DNA of 63,987 nt, filler included, from Octopus bimaculoides (GCF_001194135.2; 6 parts of 5 records of this genome joined end to end with filler, not necessarily neighbours in it), one strand, 5' to 3'. Numbered from the whole stretch's first letter, positions 51,472 through 63,987 are shown. The notes: a model not told the origin generated them from the letters alone. Program-made: numbers and translations.

Positions 51472-51810
51472 TCTCTCTCTCTCNNNNNNNNNNNNNNNNN
51501 NNNNNNNNNNNNNNNNNNNNNNNNNNNTTAATTAATTAANNNNNNNNNNNNNNNNNNNNNNNNNNNNNNNNNNNNNNNNNNNNGAAACCACTTGATTAAC
51601 CTATCTGTTGACAATTGAGCATGTGAATTTTTATGTAGCGCAGAAGATATGAAAATTGTGATTTGTTCGAGAAATTGATTGAATGCATTTTTTAACTTTC
51701 ATTTCAATGAACAAAATGTTTGGTTTTTTAAAAAATATTTAATTTGTAATGTACTATATTGTTTTTAGATGCTTTAAACTATGAAAGATGTGTTGTTTAC
51801 TCTTTCTTTT

Positions 51811-52011
51811 TTTATTAACCCAAAAGATGGTATCCACACTCAACAAGTGGAAAGTACACGGGCCTCTGTGAAGCGAGGTAATAAACGAAACTGTGGCACT
51901 CACCGTTCTATGATAGATTCATATCTCTGTGAATTTATGTGATGCAGGAGATGCGAAAATTGTGATTTGTTTGAGGAATTGATTGAATGTATTTCTAACT
52001 TTTGTTTTTAA
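51811..52011 (+). mobile_element. Merlin/IS1595-type transposase C-terminal remnant; diverged partial duplicate at about 51615-51690
   Basis: FINPKDGIHTQQVESTRASVKRGNKRNCGTHRSMIDSYLCEFM*CRR..DLFEELIECI matches the FVDP..G.HTQ.IES.W...DSYL.EF.WR pattern. Confidence 0.8.
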
Positions 52012-54387
52012 TTTTAAAAATATTTTGTAATGTGTTGCTTATTGCAAGCTTAAATGTTTGTTTTTTAAGTATATTTTGTTCACTCTTTTATTTTCATATA
52101 TAACATATAAACATGTACATCTTTTAGAACATTGTCATTTTATAAGATTTTGCTGGCAAATTTTAAAATTAGCACAAACATTTATTTACATGAAAGAAAA
52201 TTACTGGAGAACTTTCATTTAATTCTTCCAAATCTTTTTGTTAAAACAGTACTGAAACCATTTGTGGGGAAAAACTGTAATGTGTTTATTGCATATAACG
52301 TGTTGTTAATCATATTTGCATTAAATGCATTTTGAATGCTTAAAACTACTTGTTTACTTGTTTCTTTTTGTCATTGAGGTGGTTGTGAAACATGCTAAAA
52401 ATAACAGCTAAATAACGTTTTTTGGATAAATCTTTTAAGTTTGTGCTATCGCATTAAATGCACATTGAATGCTTCAAACTATAAAACATGTGTTGCTTAC
52501 AAATATTGACAAAACATGTTGACGACAAAGTGTGCAATCACGCACAAAATGACAGCTTCCAAATCCTGTTTCTTGACTGGATAAAAATGATCAAACTTTA
52601 AACCTTTATAACTTTTTTAAAATCATCTTTCTGGAAAAAGTGAAATAACTCCAACAATTCAGCATGGAAAAATATATTATTGTGCCAAATTAAAAAAATT
52701 TTTGATAAACTTTCATTTCTGAAATGCTGGCAGCCAAACCAACTAGATCCAAATCTGTTATATCTTTTGGTAGAGCTTTGATCAAAACACACCTTATAGT
52801 CAGACATAAATTTTTGCTTTTTTCCTGACAATTTGTTTTCAGATTATACTTTGAAGATTTATTATTTAAGAAAAAAAAAATGATTTTAAGTTCTAAATTT
52901 GCGAAAGAATTCGTTGCTGGAAAGTTTAGTTTAATGGTAAAACACTTGACGTGTTATCACAGAGATGTGAGTTCGAGTTTCATGGCTGGCCAGTAGCGTA
53001 TTTTTCTGCAATAAATGGATAATTTATCCTGATCTTGCTATTTATAGCATTATCACGCGTTTGAGAAATAAATTTATTTATGTATCTTACAATGCATCTC
53101 AATGCTTCTAAAAAAGAACAAACTTTGTTTGTTTACTTTCATCGTAAAGTTGATTTTGATTTTTAAAACACCCCCACATCTAAATCTTGAATTTTTAGAA
53201 TTTTTTCAATTTTTTTTCTTTTTAATCTAGGTTTTAAAAAGTGGACATCACAAGTTGACCTTTTTTTTTTTTCCAAATTTCCAAATTGAAAATGAAATTG
53301 GGCATAGCATAATTCTAGTACCTGTGTGCATAACACGAGATAGATGGCATCTGATATTATTGTTTGTGTGTGTGTGTGCAAATAATGAACAGAACTGTCT
53401 TAATAGTACTGTTGGCTCCCACTTGAGCAAAGCAATGTACTGTGGCCCTCACATAAATAACCGCAGTATACACAGATTGACATGCTCCCCACTCAGACCC
53501 GTGGGGCCTCCAGACACTACCCAGTGTCTGAACATGACATTGATTCTGAAAGCAGATCTTTTCAATTTCTTAAACTTTTGTTCCAATTCATTTCATATTT
53601 AGTGTAACGATGTAGTTTTGTATATTAATCATTGACATGAAATTTAGGTTTGCTATAAATCAATAAATAAAGTGTTAATAGCTTTTAAAGTTTGCAAATT
53701 TTGGGTAATTTTTACCAATCGAAAGCCACAGACAGATAGGTGCCTGTTTCAAGAGTAGCAAGCCGAGCTGTTACCAAGCTGCTTAGCCATGTGGTCATTT
53801 CTCGCTTATTAAATACTTAAAACACGAGGTATGAGGTGGTCGTGAGATGTGCTAAAAATAATAGCTAAATAGGCCTTAAATCACGCACGGAGTTTTTTGT
53901 TTTCGCATAATCATATGAGTTCCCCCGTGTGTAGAATACAAATTCGCAAAAATTTTCTGAAAATTAAAAAAAGAAAAAAGTTACGAGGGCTTCTATGGCG
54001 TACATAAAGCAGGATTCAGTCAAAAATTCATTTGTTTACTGTTGACAATACGTACAGTCGCACTCAAAATGACAGCATCCAAATCGTTTTCTGATTGAGT
54101 AGAAATGATCAAACTTTAAACTTCTGTAACTTTACAAAGAATTTTTCTGGAAAAAATGAATGAGCCCTTGAGATTCAGTGTGAAAAATTACATGAATACA
54201 TCAGGTTTTAAAATTTTCACCAAACTTGTTTAACGACACCGTCTCTTGAACATTTCTAGAAAGAAATTACTCTTCTCCCAAACATATTTGAACTCATCTA
54301 AATGTTTGTTTACTCGCAACGCTGCTATCGTGTGCAGACTACAAGATTCTTTACTCCTTTTCTTCAATAATTTCTACTCTTTCTTTC

Positions 54388-54660
54388 AAGGCGTGGCTGT
54401 GTGGTAAAAAGTTTGCTTTACAACATGGTTCCTGGTTCAGTTCCACTGCGTGACACCTTAGGCAAATGTTCTCTACTATAGACTCGGGTCGACTAAAGTT
54501 TTGTGAGTGGATTTGGTAAGCAGAAATTTAAAGCAGTCACTCGTGTGTGTGTGTGTGTGTGTGTGCGTGCATGCGTGTGTGTGTGTGCGTGCATGCGTGT
54601 GTGTTTGTATTTGTCCCTCGTCACCGCTTAGACTCTGCTGTGTATGTGCACTAAGTTTTA
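54388..54660 (+). mobile_element. SINE-B 5' half
   Basis: ggcgtggctgtgtggtaaaaagtttgc...gtgagtggatttggta, then (GT)n. Confidence 0.8.
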
Positions 54661-54737
54661 ACATTCTAGGTCACTTCCACTGTTTACAGCAGTGCTTGGA
54701 AGGAACGTGTGTAGAGTGTGATCGTTGCATTGATCAT

Positions 54738-55153
54738 GACAGAGAAAGTTGTCATGGCGATACCTGCTGAGGGGGCCTACGCAAAGTTGCAGAAAGAGTA
54801 TGGAGAAGAGTGTATGAGTCGCACATAAGTGTACGAATGGTTCAAACGTTTCCAAGATGGCCAAGAAAATGTCGATAGTGACGAACGTTCTGGGAGACCT
54901 GCAACCAGCAGAACTGAGGAAAAGATTGCAGATGTGTGTGCAGCTGTGAGGGGGAAATCATCGAATCACCATCCGTGAATTATCAGAGGATGTGCAGATT
55001 AGTTAAGGTTCAGTCCATTGTCATTGAAGATTTAGGTATGAGACGCGTGTCTGCCAAGTTTGTGCTAAAACTGCTCTCAAGTGACCAAAAAGACACCCGG
55101 GTTTCACTTGCACAAGATGTTCTTGATTGTGTTGAGAACGATGACAACTTTTT
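54738..55153 (+). mobile_element. Mariner transposase N-terminal (HTH) pseudogene fragment
   Basis: YAKLQKEYGEECMSRT*VYEWFKRFQDGQENVDSDERSGRP..RITIRELSE..DLGMRRVSAKFVLKLL, with stops and frameshifts; ends at a gap. Confidence 0.88.
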
Positions 55154-55282
55154 NNNNNNNNNNNNNNNNNNNNNNNNNNNNNNNNNNNNNNNNNNNNTTA
55201 ATTAATTAANNNNNNNNNNNNNNNNNNNNNNNNNNNNNNNNNNNNNNNNNNNNTTAGACACTTTCAAATTTATTCGAATATT

Positions 55283-55339
55283 GAGGCTGAAGATCGGAAT
55301 AGGGTAACTTCATACCCTTAACCGTGAAACGTCGTACCC
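55283..55339 (+). ncRNA. Degenerate hammerhead-like motif 4
   Basis: CTGAAGA (55287-55293), extended helix II (cgg..agggta/taccct..ccg), GAAA-CGT-C. Helix I does not pair convincingly. Confidence 0.4.
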
Positions 55340-55727
55340 AATTAACTAAAGGCATGTTTGTTTTTGCTCTTCTCTTCTGTTTTTTGTTCTGTGTGTGCCA
55401 TAAATATCGCCATCCGTTAGAGAAAAAATTTGTAGTTTGGAATCAGTAGTTCTTTGACTGCTGTTTCTGAATTCTCAGTATGTTGGAGAAGCAGCTCCTG
55501 CTAATCCCTGTATATTTATGATTATAAATGGTTTTACCGATAAAGGTGTTTTCATACTGAGCTACTCGGCAAAATTGTTAATTATTAATTTTATTACTAA
55601 TTGACGATTCCCTGCCCTATATATCTGTACATATGTATATATGTATATATAAATGCGTATGTTAGTCTCTGTGAGTGCGGTACAGATTTTGGATAATGTC
55701 AATGTTAAAAGATTACACATAACGTTA

Positions 55728-55760
<33 letters not shown>

Positions 55761-57069
55761 NNNNNNNNNNNNNNNNNNNNNNNNNNNNNNNNNNNNNNNN
55801 NNNNNNNNNNNNNNNNNNNNNNNNNNNNNNNNNNNNNNNNNNNNNNNNNNNNNNNNNNNNNNNNNNNNNNNNNNNNNNNNNNNNNNNNNNNNNNNNNNNN
55901 NNNNNNNNNNNNNNNNNNNNNNNNNNNNNNNNNNNNNNNNNNNNNNNNNNNNNNNNNNNNNNNNNNNNNNNNNNNNNNNNNNNNNNNNNNNNNNNNNNNN
56001 NNNNNNNNNNNNNNATATATGCACATGTATGTGTGTGTGTATGCATATGTCTTCCTATTTGCATATATGCATACATAACACCACACCGATTCGAGCCAGT
56101 TATCGGCAATGCTCTGCATTATTGCGCTGAACATTATCGTTTATTTAATATTTTAAAGCAGATAGCACATTGTATGTTGATGCAAACATAATTTCTTTGA
56201 AATATTTTGTTTTGCTTTTCGGTATTAAAATTGATTTTTAATCTGAAATACTTTTATTGAATTCATATTTCTTTTTATTAAAAAAGTTTTACATACATAA
56301 ATTCTAAGTTATAAATGTGCTTTAATGATTTTCGAACAACACGAGATGTAATCCAACGAAATGGTTTTGCATGTAGTCAATAAAATATATGCTACTTTTG
56401 CATAGATTTTTAAATTCATTTAAAATTTTAAAAACTTTCCGTTTGGAATAGAACACATTTGCAACAATATTTTAAACAAAAAAAAAACGACAAAAATAAA
56501 ATAACAACTACAACAACAACAACAACAACAACAGCAACAAAATGAGCATTACATTAAGAAATAATGCTACAGTGGCTTATATTAGGAAAATTGCAATACA
56601 GCCCAAAATTACTGCTTTCGTACTTAGAATTAAGGCTTTTATGAGAAAGGGTAATGAGTGGGTTACTGAGTGGCTAATGCAATAAATCAATATTACTTAT
56701 TGACCCTATCGTTATTAACAGGAAATAAAGCGTAACGTTATGATCTCTGAAATGAATGCCACTAAATTATATACTGCATAGCATAAATTTCATATTTTTC
56801 TGTCTTGGGTTACTGCATTGCTATAATTTCACTGATATTCATAATATTATGATGCCAGCATCACGTCAAAGAAGCAGTCACGTGCTTTGTGGTATGGTAT
56901 TTAGTTAAGGCCCTTTACGAATATATAAAATAAATAAAACATTTCAATTAGGGCTGGCTTGCAATCCCTGACATTCAATAATATTTACCAATGGACGGCT
57001 GTTAATTGAGTTCACTGAAGGTAAATTTATGATCATGCGTTAATGTAGAACATTAGTAGCAATAATTTT

Positions 57070-58013
57070 TCTTTAGAGGTCGACAAAATAAGTACCAGAT
57101 AAGAACTGGGGTCGATATAGTCGACTAGTCCCTCTCCCGAAATTGTTGACCTTGTGCAAAAATTTGAAAGCACTATCATGATTGTCACGACGTGTGTTCG
57201 AATGTAACGCTTTTAATAGCAACTGTAGGACACAACCTAAGACAACAGAATTCTTTAAAATAATGAAACAAGCTGGAATGTTTACTATACAATGTTAACT
57301 ATACACTGATATTAAGATGTGATCGAAATATTTAAATATTCAGACATGTTTGATTGTTATGCATTATCGAGCCAAAATTTTGAGACGAAATCGAACTTGT
57401 ATTTCAAAATCTTTAACATAGGAAAAGCGTGTAACAGAGACAGAATATGAAGAGAGAAAAGCAAAACAGAAGTAATATAAATAAAATACCTAGAAGTTTC
57501 ACGAGCCCGGCTAGTATTTCTGGTATCATTTGTTGGTGAAAAAGATGCCTTGTATTATTTATCTGTTTCTTTGAGTTCAGTTGTCAAATCCTGACAGGAC
57601 TAAATTTTAATTCCACCATTTTTTGAGTCTTTAAAATAAACTACTACGCAATTGAGACAACAATGCACATCACACAGGAAGCGTCGAAAATGTCTTGTGT
57701 CTGTGCCAGAGGGAAAACTCCCAAAATCTGTTATTGCTATTTGGAAGTTGCGTTGCATAATGCGAAAAACTAGAATAAATATCATGTAGTACAAAATAAA
57801 ATTCAGAATTTTCAGTCAACCGAGGACGAATTTGACATTTAGCCGTCTGAGTATCAATTACAGAAGTAGCTGACACGTACTAGCGTTGATATAAGAACCA
57901 ATGCTACTCATACACACACAAATGTTTGATGATATCACTATTAAAAATATATAGTGCTATTATCATTACTTGAAATACCACCCACCCTCATGACTGTTTT
58001 CTCTTAGTTTATG

Positions 58014-58063
<50 letters not shown>

Positions 58064-58685
58064 AAAGATTTGGAATATTTACGATTCAAGTTATTTGCTT
58101 ACTACGTTACCAATCTTGTTTGAGACAATTGAGGAAGTAGTAATTACATACTAGGTCATCTATAGTTAAGATAATCTTTTAAGTTCTAGAAGTGATGGGA
58201 CCATATGGTTTGAAATAATATGTAAGTGTTAATACTTTGTAGTTATATTGTCTTTTAAACAATTTCAATTTAGCTTTAACCGTAGGAAAGTTTTATGATA
58301 GTAGTTAATTACACATATACTTTTATACATACATACATGCATAAATNNNNNNNNNNNNNNNNNNNNNNNNNNNNNNNNNNNNNNNNNNNNNNNNNNNNNN
58401 NNNNNNNNNNNNNNNNNNNNNNNNNNNNNNNNNNNNNNNNNNNNNNNNNNNNNNNNNNNNNNNNGTGTGTGTGCGTGTATCTTTGTGTTTGTGTTTGTCC
58501 CCCTTTTACCACTTGACAACCTGTAACCTAGCAGTTCAGCAAAAGAGACTCGTAGGATAAGTGCTAGGCTTAGAAAGAATAAGTCCTGGGGTCGATTTCT
58601 TCGACTAAACCCCTTCATGGAGATGCTGTAGCGTGGCCGCAGTCAAATGACTGAAAGAAGTAAAAGAATAAAAAAATATATCTCA

Positions 58686-58759
<74 letters not shown>

Positions 58760-59620
58760 ACATATTGAATTAAAATCAGCTCTATAATGTTTACATTACA
58801 GAACTACTTATTTAAATGTTATTCTCCTTGCGCGGCACTGTTGTACATCAGAAGATAGATCTTACGCTATCTGTAGGTAGTTCTGGCTAGCGATAAGAAT
58901 TCGTTTCAAGAGGCTATGACACAGAGAAATATCGACATCGCTTGTTGTTCACGTCTTGAATGATTCGTTTCGCCTGACTTTGAATACCTTACGTCTTTAA
59001 AGAGATTCTCTCTGAACACACATATATTATGTGACATCAATAGAGATGGCTGTGTGGTTAGAAGCTCCCTTCCCAACCACAAGGCTGCAGGTTAAGTCCT
59101 GCTGCATAAAATCTCAGGCAAGTGTTTACTATAATAGACCCGTTCTAACCAAAACCTCGTGGATATGGTAGACGAAAACTGAAAGAAGCTCGTCGCATAT
59201 GTCACGTGTGTGTGCGTGTGTCAGTGCGTGTGTGTGTGTGTGTTTGTGTATGTGTTTCTGTCTCTGTTTGTCCCTCATCACCGCTTCACAACTTAGTGAT
59301 TCGGTAAAAGAGCACATTAGAATAACTATCAGGCTTATACAAATCGAACCGGGTGGTATTTGAATTCTGAATGTAGACACAGACGAAATGCTGCAAGGCA
59401 TTTTGTCCGGCTTGCTAACGAATCTGCAGCTCAAATAATAATAATAATCCTTTCTACTATAGGTTCAAGGCCTGAAGCTTTGTGGAGGGTCTGGTCGACT
59501 ACATACATCTAGCCCAGTGTCTAACTTGTACTTATTTCTTCGAACTCAAAAGGATGAAAAACCACTAAGGATGTTGCTTGGCATACTAACGTTTCTGCCA
59601 GCACGTTGCCTCAATAATAA
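57070..59620. mobile_element. Scattered SINE-A (57070-57170 +, 59340-59620 -) and SINE-B halves (58465-58670 +, 59045-59340 +)
   Basis: Family motifs; boundaries approximate. Confidence 0.7.
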
Positions 59621-59895
59621 TATACGGATTAGAAGCGCTAATCAGTAATTTGTACAAATATAAACTTGTTACCAAAAATGCTTGAGATGTACTCGAACCC
59701 ATACGAAAGCCATTTACTGTATTTTCTCACGAAGAATAATTTTGGTTGCAGACAAATAGATGTGAACACATCAAGTCAGTTTGAAGCGCCTAGAAAGTGA
59801 TGGTTGCATGCATTTTAGAGTTGTTATCTCCTCTTCGGCATCAAACACGGGAACGGGAAGCGCTACCAACAGATAACGGAAGACCAGGTCTCTCT

Positions 59896-60150
59896 TATTT
59901 ATTTATTATTTTTTTTTATTTATTTATTGCTCACAGTAGGGTTAAACATAAAGGGGACAAACAAAGACAGACAAAGGGATTAAGTCGATTGCATCGACCC
60001 CAGTGTGTAACTGGTACTAATTTAATCGACTACGAAAGGATGAAAGGCAAAGTCGACCTCGGCAGAATTTGAACTCAGAATCTAACTTTAGACGAAATAC
60101 CGCTAAGCATTTCGCCCGGCGTGCTAACGATTGTGCCAGCTCGCTACCCT
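59896..60150 (-). mobile_element. SINE-A (tail type 2) with 12-bp TSD
   Basis: CCAGGTCTCTCT at 59884-59895 and 60151-60162. Confidence 0.9.
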
Positions 60151-60162
60151 CCAGGTCTCTCT

Positions 60163-60720
60163 GAGGAATTTCAACCATGTTTCGTGGTCTGCTACCACAA
60201 CAGCTCCTTTATAGGATCCAGTTAGCTCAAGACATCATCAGGAGGAACCACGTCCGGTTTCGGCCCCTACTCCTCTACCGATTTGACGTGGCGGCCCCCC
60301 ACCCTTTCGGACGTGTCTNNNNNNNNNNNNNNNNNNNNNNNNNNNNNNNNNNNNNNNNNGTTTTGACGTGGCGGGGCCACCCCCTTTCGGAGGTGACGTC
60401 AGCTCTGGTGTTGGGTGCATGTCTTCTTTCACTGTTTGTGACTGTTCTAATTCAACTGTGGAATGTCCCTCGCTATGGTTATTTTCCAGGAGATTCTGGC
60501 CACACGTCTTACGGTTCATCAACCCGCGTTGTTGAATTACTTTCTTCCGACATACCTTCCCTTGGTGGATTAGGATCCAGTTAGCTGAAGACATCATCAG
60601 GAGGAACCACGTCCGGTTTCGGCCTCTACTCCTCTACCGATTTGACGTGGCGGCCCCCCACCCTTTCGGACGTGTCTTCAGCCAACGTACTTTGTGACTC
60701 GTTGAGTTAGTCGGCGGCCC
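60163..60720 (-). mobile_element. Probable Penelope-like remnant with duplicated ~105-bp GC-rich terminal unit
   Basis: Direct repeats at 60214-60318 and 60573-60677. The intervening minus-strand VIQQRGLMNRK weakly resembles the PLE MNRD motif. CTGATGA is present in each unit. Confidence 0.45.
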
Positions 60721-60960
60721 TATTTGTCTACAGCGAGACGTGAGAAAATACTGGAAATGTATTTACGGGTTCTAAGAAATTTGAAAATAAAAAGGTTGGT
60801 ATCACTCCCAAACGTCAGCTCCCCCCCACCCTACAAGGGCAGCCGGCTTGCAAAACGATTTAAACAACAAAATACAGTATAGAATCTTTTAAACAAGTGA
60901 ATTAGTCATACACTTAAAGCGCTCCAAAAACACACCTCCAGCTATGGTGACAATAATAAC

Positions 60961-61343
60961 AAGAGCACTCAGAGAGAGCACAAACCTCCACCAAAGCAAC
61001 ACCAAGGCCCTTTCAACGATTAGCCAGAAAGGATTTTCGAAATGAGAATATCTGAAATAAACTCGACTGCTTTCACAAACGAGAATACTAAAGACAAACC
61101 TGACCGCTGTCAAAAACTAAGTAAAAAAGCAGGAAAAATAATCCAGAATCCTTGTCCGGTACCGGATCGATCTCAAAATCTAGTCAGTTCGTGCCAGTCA
61201 CAAGGCAATCATCCCTAAAAGTTTCATGTTAATCCATCCAGTGGTTCTTTTAGATATCTTGTCCACGGACAAACAATCAAACAAACAAACAAACAAACAA
61301 ACACGACTGAAAAAATACTTCCGCCTTCGCTAAAGCGGAGCTA
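60961..61343 (+). mobile_element. Helentron/DINE-1-like element, copy 3 (complete)
   Basis: aacctccacc near the 5' end, (CAAA)n at 61270-61302, terminal hairpin ttccgc..gcggag. Confidence 0.62.
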
Positions 61344-61399
61344 ATAATAATAATGATGATGATGATAATAATAATAATAATAATCATAATAATAATAAT

Positions 61400-61636
61400 A
61401 TACAGAGTATCTCAACAGGCATGATAGAGCTGCACAATATATTCACTGGGTAATATGCAAAAACCTGGACTTGCCCCATGATAAAAACTGGTGGGAACAC
61501 AAACCACCCCCAGTACTTGAAAATGATCACATTGCACTCCTCTGGAACTTCACCATTCAAACTGACAGAAAGATAGACGCAAATAGGCCAGACATCATAC
61601 TGAAAGACTTCAGACAAAAATCATGCCTCCTCATTG
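61400..61636 (+). mobile_element. Dong/R4-clade RLE fragment
   Basis: EYLNRHDRAAQYIHWVICKNLDLPHDKNWWEHKPPPVLENDHIALLWNFTIQTDRKIDANRPDIILKD; nearly identical to 44591-44850. Confidence 0.9.
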
Positions 61637-62946
61637 NNNNNNNNNNNNNNNNNNNNNNNNNNNNNNNNNNNNNNNNNNNNTTAATTAATTAANNNNNNNN
61701 NNNNNNNNNNNNNNNNNNNNNNNNNNNNNNNNNNNNCACACACACACACATGTATGTATTTAATGTACGTATGTGTATATGTATATGTTTAATAAACGTA
61801 TATTTAATCTCGTTTTGAAACCAAGCCTCTTAGTTTATTGTACCACGAAGATCTTCGACAGAATTTTTTGTGCGTGTTCGTGTTTTTGTAAAATTCAAAA
61901 CTTTTTTTATTTGTTGCAACGTAGCTTAATAAAAGAAATTTTGACAGAAGAGACTGTGACATTTCAGAGGAGACATTTAGCTAATCCACTACCCTGCAAT
62001 ATATTACTGGTACCAGCTTTGTCTATATTGATCCCACTAAAGAACAAAAAGGCAAACAGTTACATTCATACATATATAACAAATAACACCACCACCATCA
62101 CCGCCACCATCTTCACCACTAACATCTTATAGGAAATAAATGAATACAAGAAGTTTCAATTTCTTGCTTTTATACCAGTATCTGTATATTAATACAATAG
62201 TACCTACCTACATTCTTTTTTTTTTTTTTGTGTCGTGCTGTAGAAATTTTTTCGAAAGAAGAAACGTTTTTTTTTTAAATTATTATTTTACTTACAAAAA
62301 GGAATGGTATTAATTCATTTAAAGGAAATATTTAGATCAGAAANNNNNNNNNNNNNNNNNNNNNNNNNNNNNNNNNNNNNNNNNNNNNNNNNNNNNNNNN
62401 NNNNNNNNNNNNNNNNNNNNNNNNNNNNNNNNNNNNNNNNNNNNNNNNNNNNNNNNNNNNNNNNNNNNNNNNNNNNNNNNNNNNNNNNNNNNNNNNNNNN
62501 NNNNNNNNNNNNNNNNNNNNNNNNNNNNNNNNNNNNNNNNNNNNNNNNNNNNNNNNNNNNNNNNNNNNNNNNNNNNNNNNNNNNNNNNNNNNNNNNNNNN
62601 NNNNNNNNNNNNNNNNNNNNNNNNNNNNNNNNNNNNNNNNNNNNNNNNNNNNNNNNNNNNNNNNNNNNNNNNNNNNNNNNNNNNNNNNNNNNNNNNNNNN
62701 NNNNNNNNNNNNNNNNNNNNNNNNNNNNNNNNNNNNNNNNNNNNNNNNNNNNNNNNNNNNNNNNNNNNNNNNNNNNNNNNNNNNNNNNNNNNNNNNNNNN
62801 NNNNNNNNNNNNNNNNNNNNNNNNNNNNNNNNNNNNNNNNNNNNNNNNNNNNNNNNNNNNNNNNNNNNNNNNNNNNNNNNNNNNNNNNNNNNNNNNNNNN
62901 NNNNNNNNNNNNNNNNNNNNNNNNNNNNNNNNNNNNNNNNNNNNNN

Positions 62947-63090
62947 AAAAGATCGTGCGTTCCTCTAGCCTTCTTCCTGCAACCTTTCTGTTTTTCTGGC
63001 AATAAATTCTGGTTGTCAAGGTGTTCGTAAATGCTTTCTGAAAGCATTCCTGTTAACAGCTTCCACATTAATGGTAAGCAAGCGTTACTT
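62947..63090 (-). mobile_element. Dong/R4-like RT N-terminal fragment
   Basis: [40 protein letters not shown]: RT subdomain with QKG. Confidence 0.8.
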
Positions 63091-63429
63091 CTGAATTATC
63101 TCAAGCTCAGAAACCCTTCTTTATCGTCAGCAGGTATCTCAGAGTCACAAGCATTTCGCCCCTCAGCCTGTATGCTTCGAGGACTGAATTAGTCTTCGTC
63201 TACGGAAGGGTTCCACGTGCAGTCTCTTATCAACCATAGCCACCTTGTGCTTCTTTCCTTTGCCGTACCTATCTCTTTGCTGGCTTTCTTCAGTTGTTTG
63301 AATTCCAGACCAATTTTCTGCGAGAAATTGCTGACCTTTGACATGGCTGAACAACCAATCCCAACCAGTCCGAATTCACAGTACGGGTTGAACTATTCTA
63401 CCTTTCGATTGCTGAATTCAAAACGTGAC

Positions 63430-63987
63430 TCTCGGCCTCCGTCCGAGTGAGTTTTCTGGGTCACCATCTCACCCTTGTACGCCAATCCGTTACCCATTTA
63501 CAGCTGAGTAAACTGGAGCAACGTGAAAAGAAGTGTTTTGTCCGAGAACATAGCGCACAGCCGGCTGGGAATCGAAACCATAACCTTGCAATCATGAGTG
63601 CAACAACCTAACCACTAGGCCACGTAGGAGATAGCACGCCGATTTAGATGGAAAGTCGCAGAAGCTGATTTCATTGGATAATGAGGCTGCGTATCGTACC
63701 ATAACAAGGTTTTCATCGATCAAGTCCTGATATTTGTTTTATATATTTATTTGGCTGTGTGGTAAGTAGCTTGCTTACCAACTACATGGTTCCAGGTTCA
63801 GTCCCACTGCGTGGCACCTTGGGCAAGTGTCTTCTACTATAGCCTCGGGCCGACCAAAGCCTTGTGAGTGGATTTGGTAGACGGAAACTGAAAGAAGCCT
63901 GTCGTATGTGTGTGTGTGTGTTTGTCCCCCCAACATCGCTTGACAACCGATGCTGGTGTGTTTACGTCCCCGTAACATAGCGGTTCG
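63430..63987. mobile_element. SINE-E-type copy at 63430-63627 (-) and SINE-B at 63752 to window end (+)
   Basis: Family motifs. Confidence 0.82.

Noticed and set aside
52915-52992. Possible tRNA gene
   Set aside because: A/B-box-like words are present but the acceptor and anticodon stems do not pair; it is a SINE head or pseudogene. The same applies to about 26995-27065.
53440-53560. Minus-strand peptide with SEWGAC resembling a thrombospondin repeat; also ITDFG at about 57720-57740 and WLPTLPLDW at about 32325-32350
   Set aside because: Isolated short word matches without the rest of the domain; expected by chance.

Overview
AT-rich, repeat-dominated animal genomic DNA from a gapped scaffold. 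About one tenth is N, and the TTAATTAATTAA spacers are assembly artefacts. The SINE complement looks like that of an octopod cephalopod (inference from recalled repeat sequence, not verified). No intact host gene or full-length autonomous element is visible, and almost all listed ORFs are microsatellite or gap artefacts. The window is best read as intronic or intergenic. It holds dozens of tRNA-derived SINE copies (about five modular families) and decayed retroelements: RTE, Tx1/L1, Dong/R4 (RLE-type) and Penelope-like. DNA transposon remnants include Tc1, several mariners, a Merlin transposase fragment, a MITE with 39-bp TIRs and an 8-bp TSD, and three Helentron/DINE-1-like elements. Most notable: (1) four minimal hammerhead-ribozyme-like motifs, three sharing a loopless palindromic ACGT helix III and one lying downstream of a tRNA-like Pol III promoter in a Penelope 3' end; (2) an 86-bp-arm hairpin whose mismatches are all G-U or A-C; (3) an octamer/E-box/CRE/TATA motif cluster in unique sequence; (4) SINE and Dong/R4 copies associated with (TAA)n arrays; (5) a few weak candidate exons.
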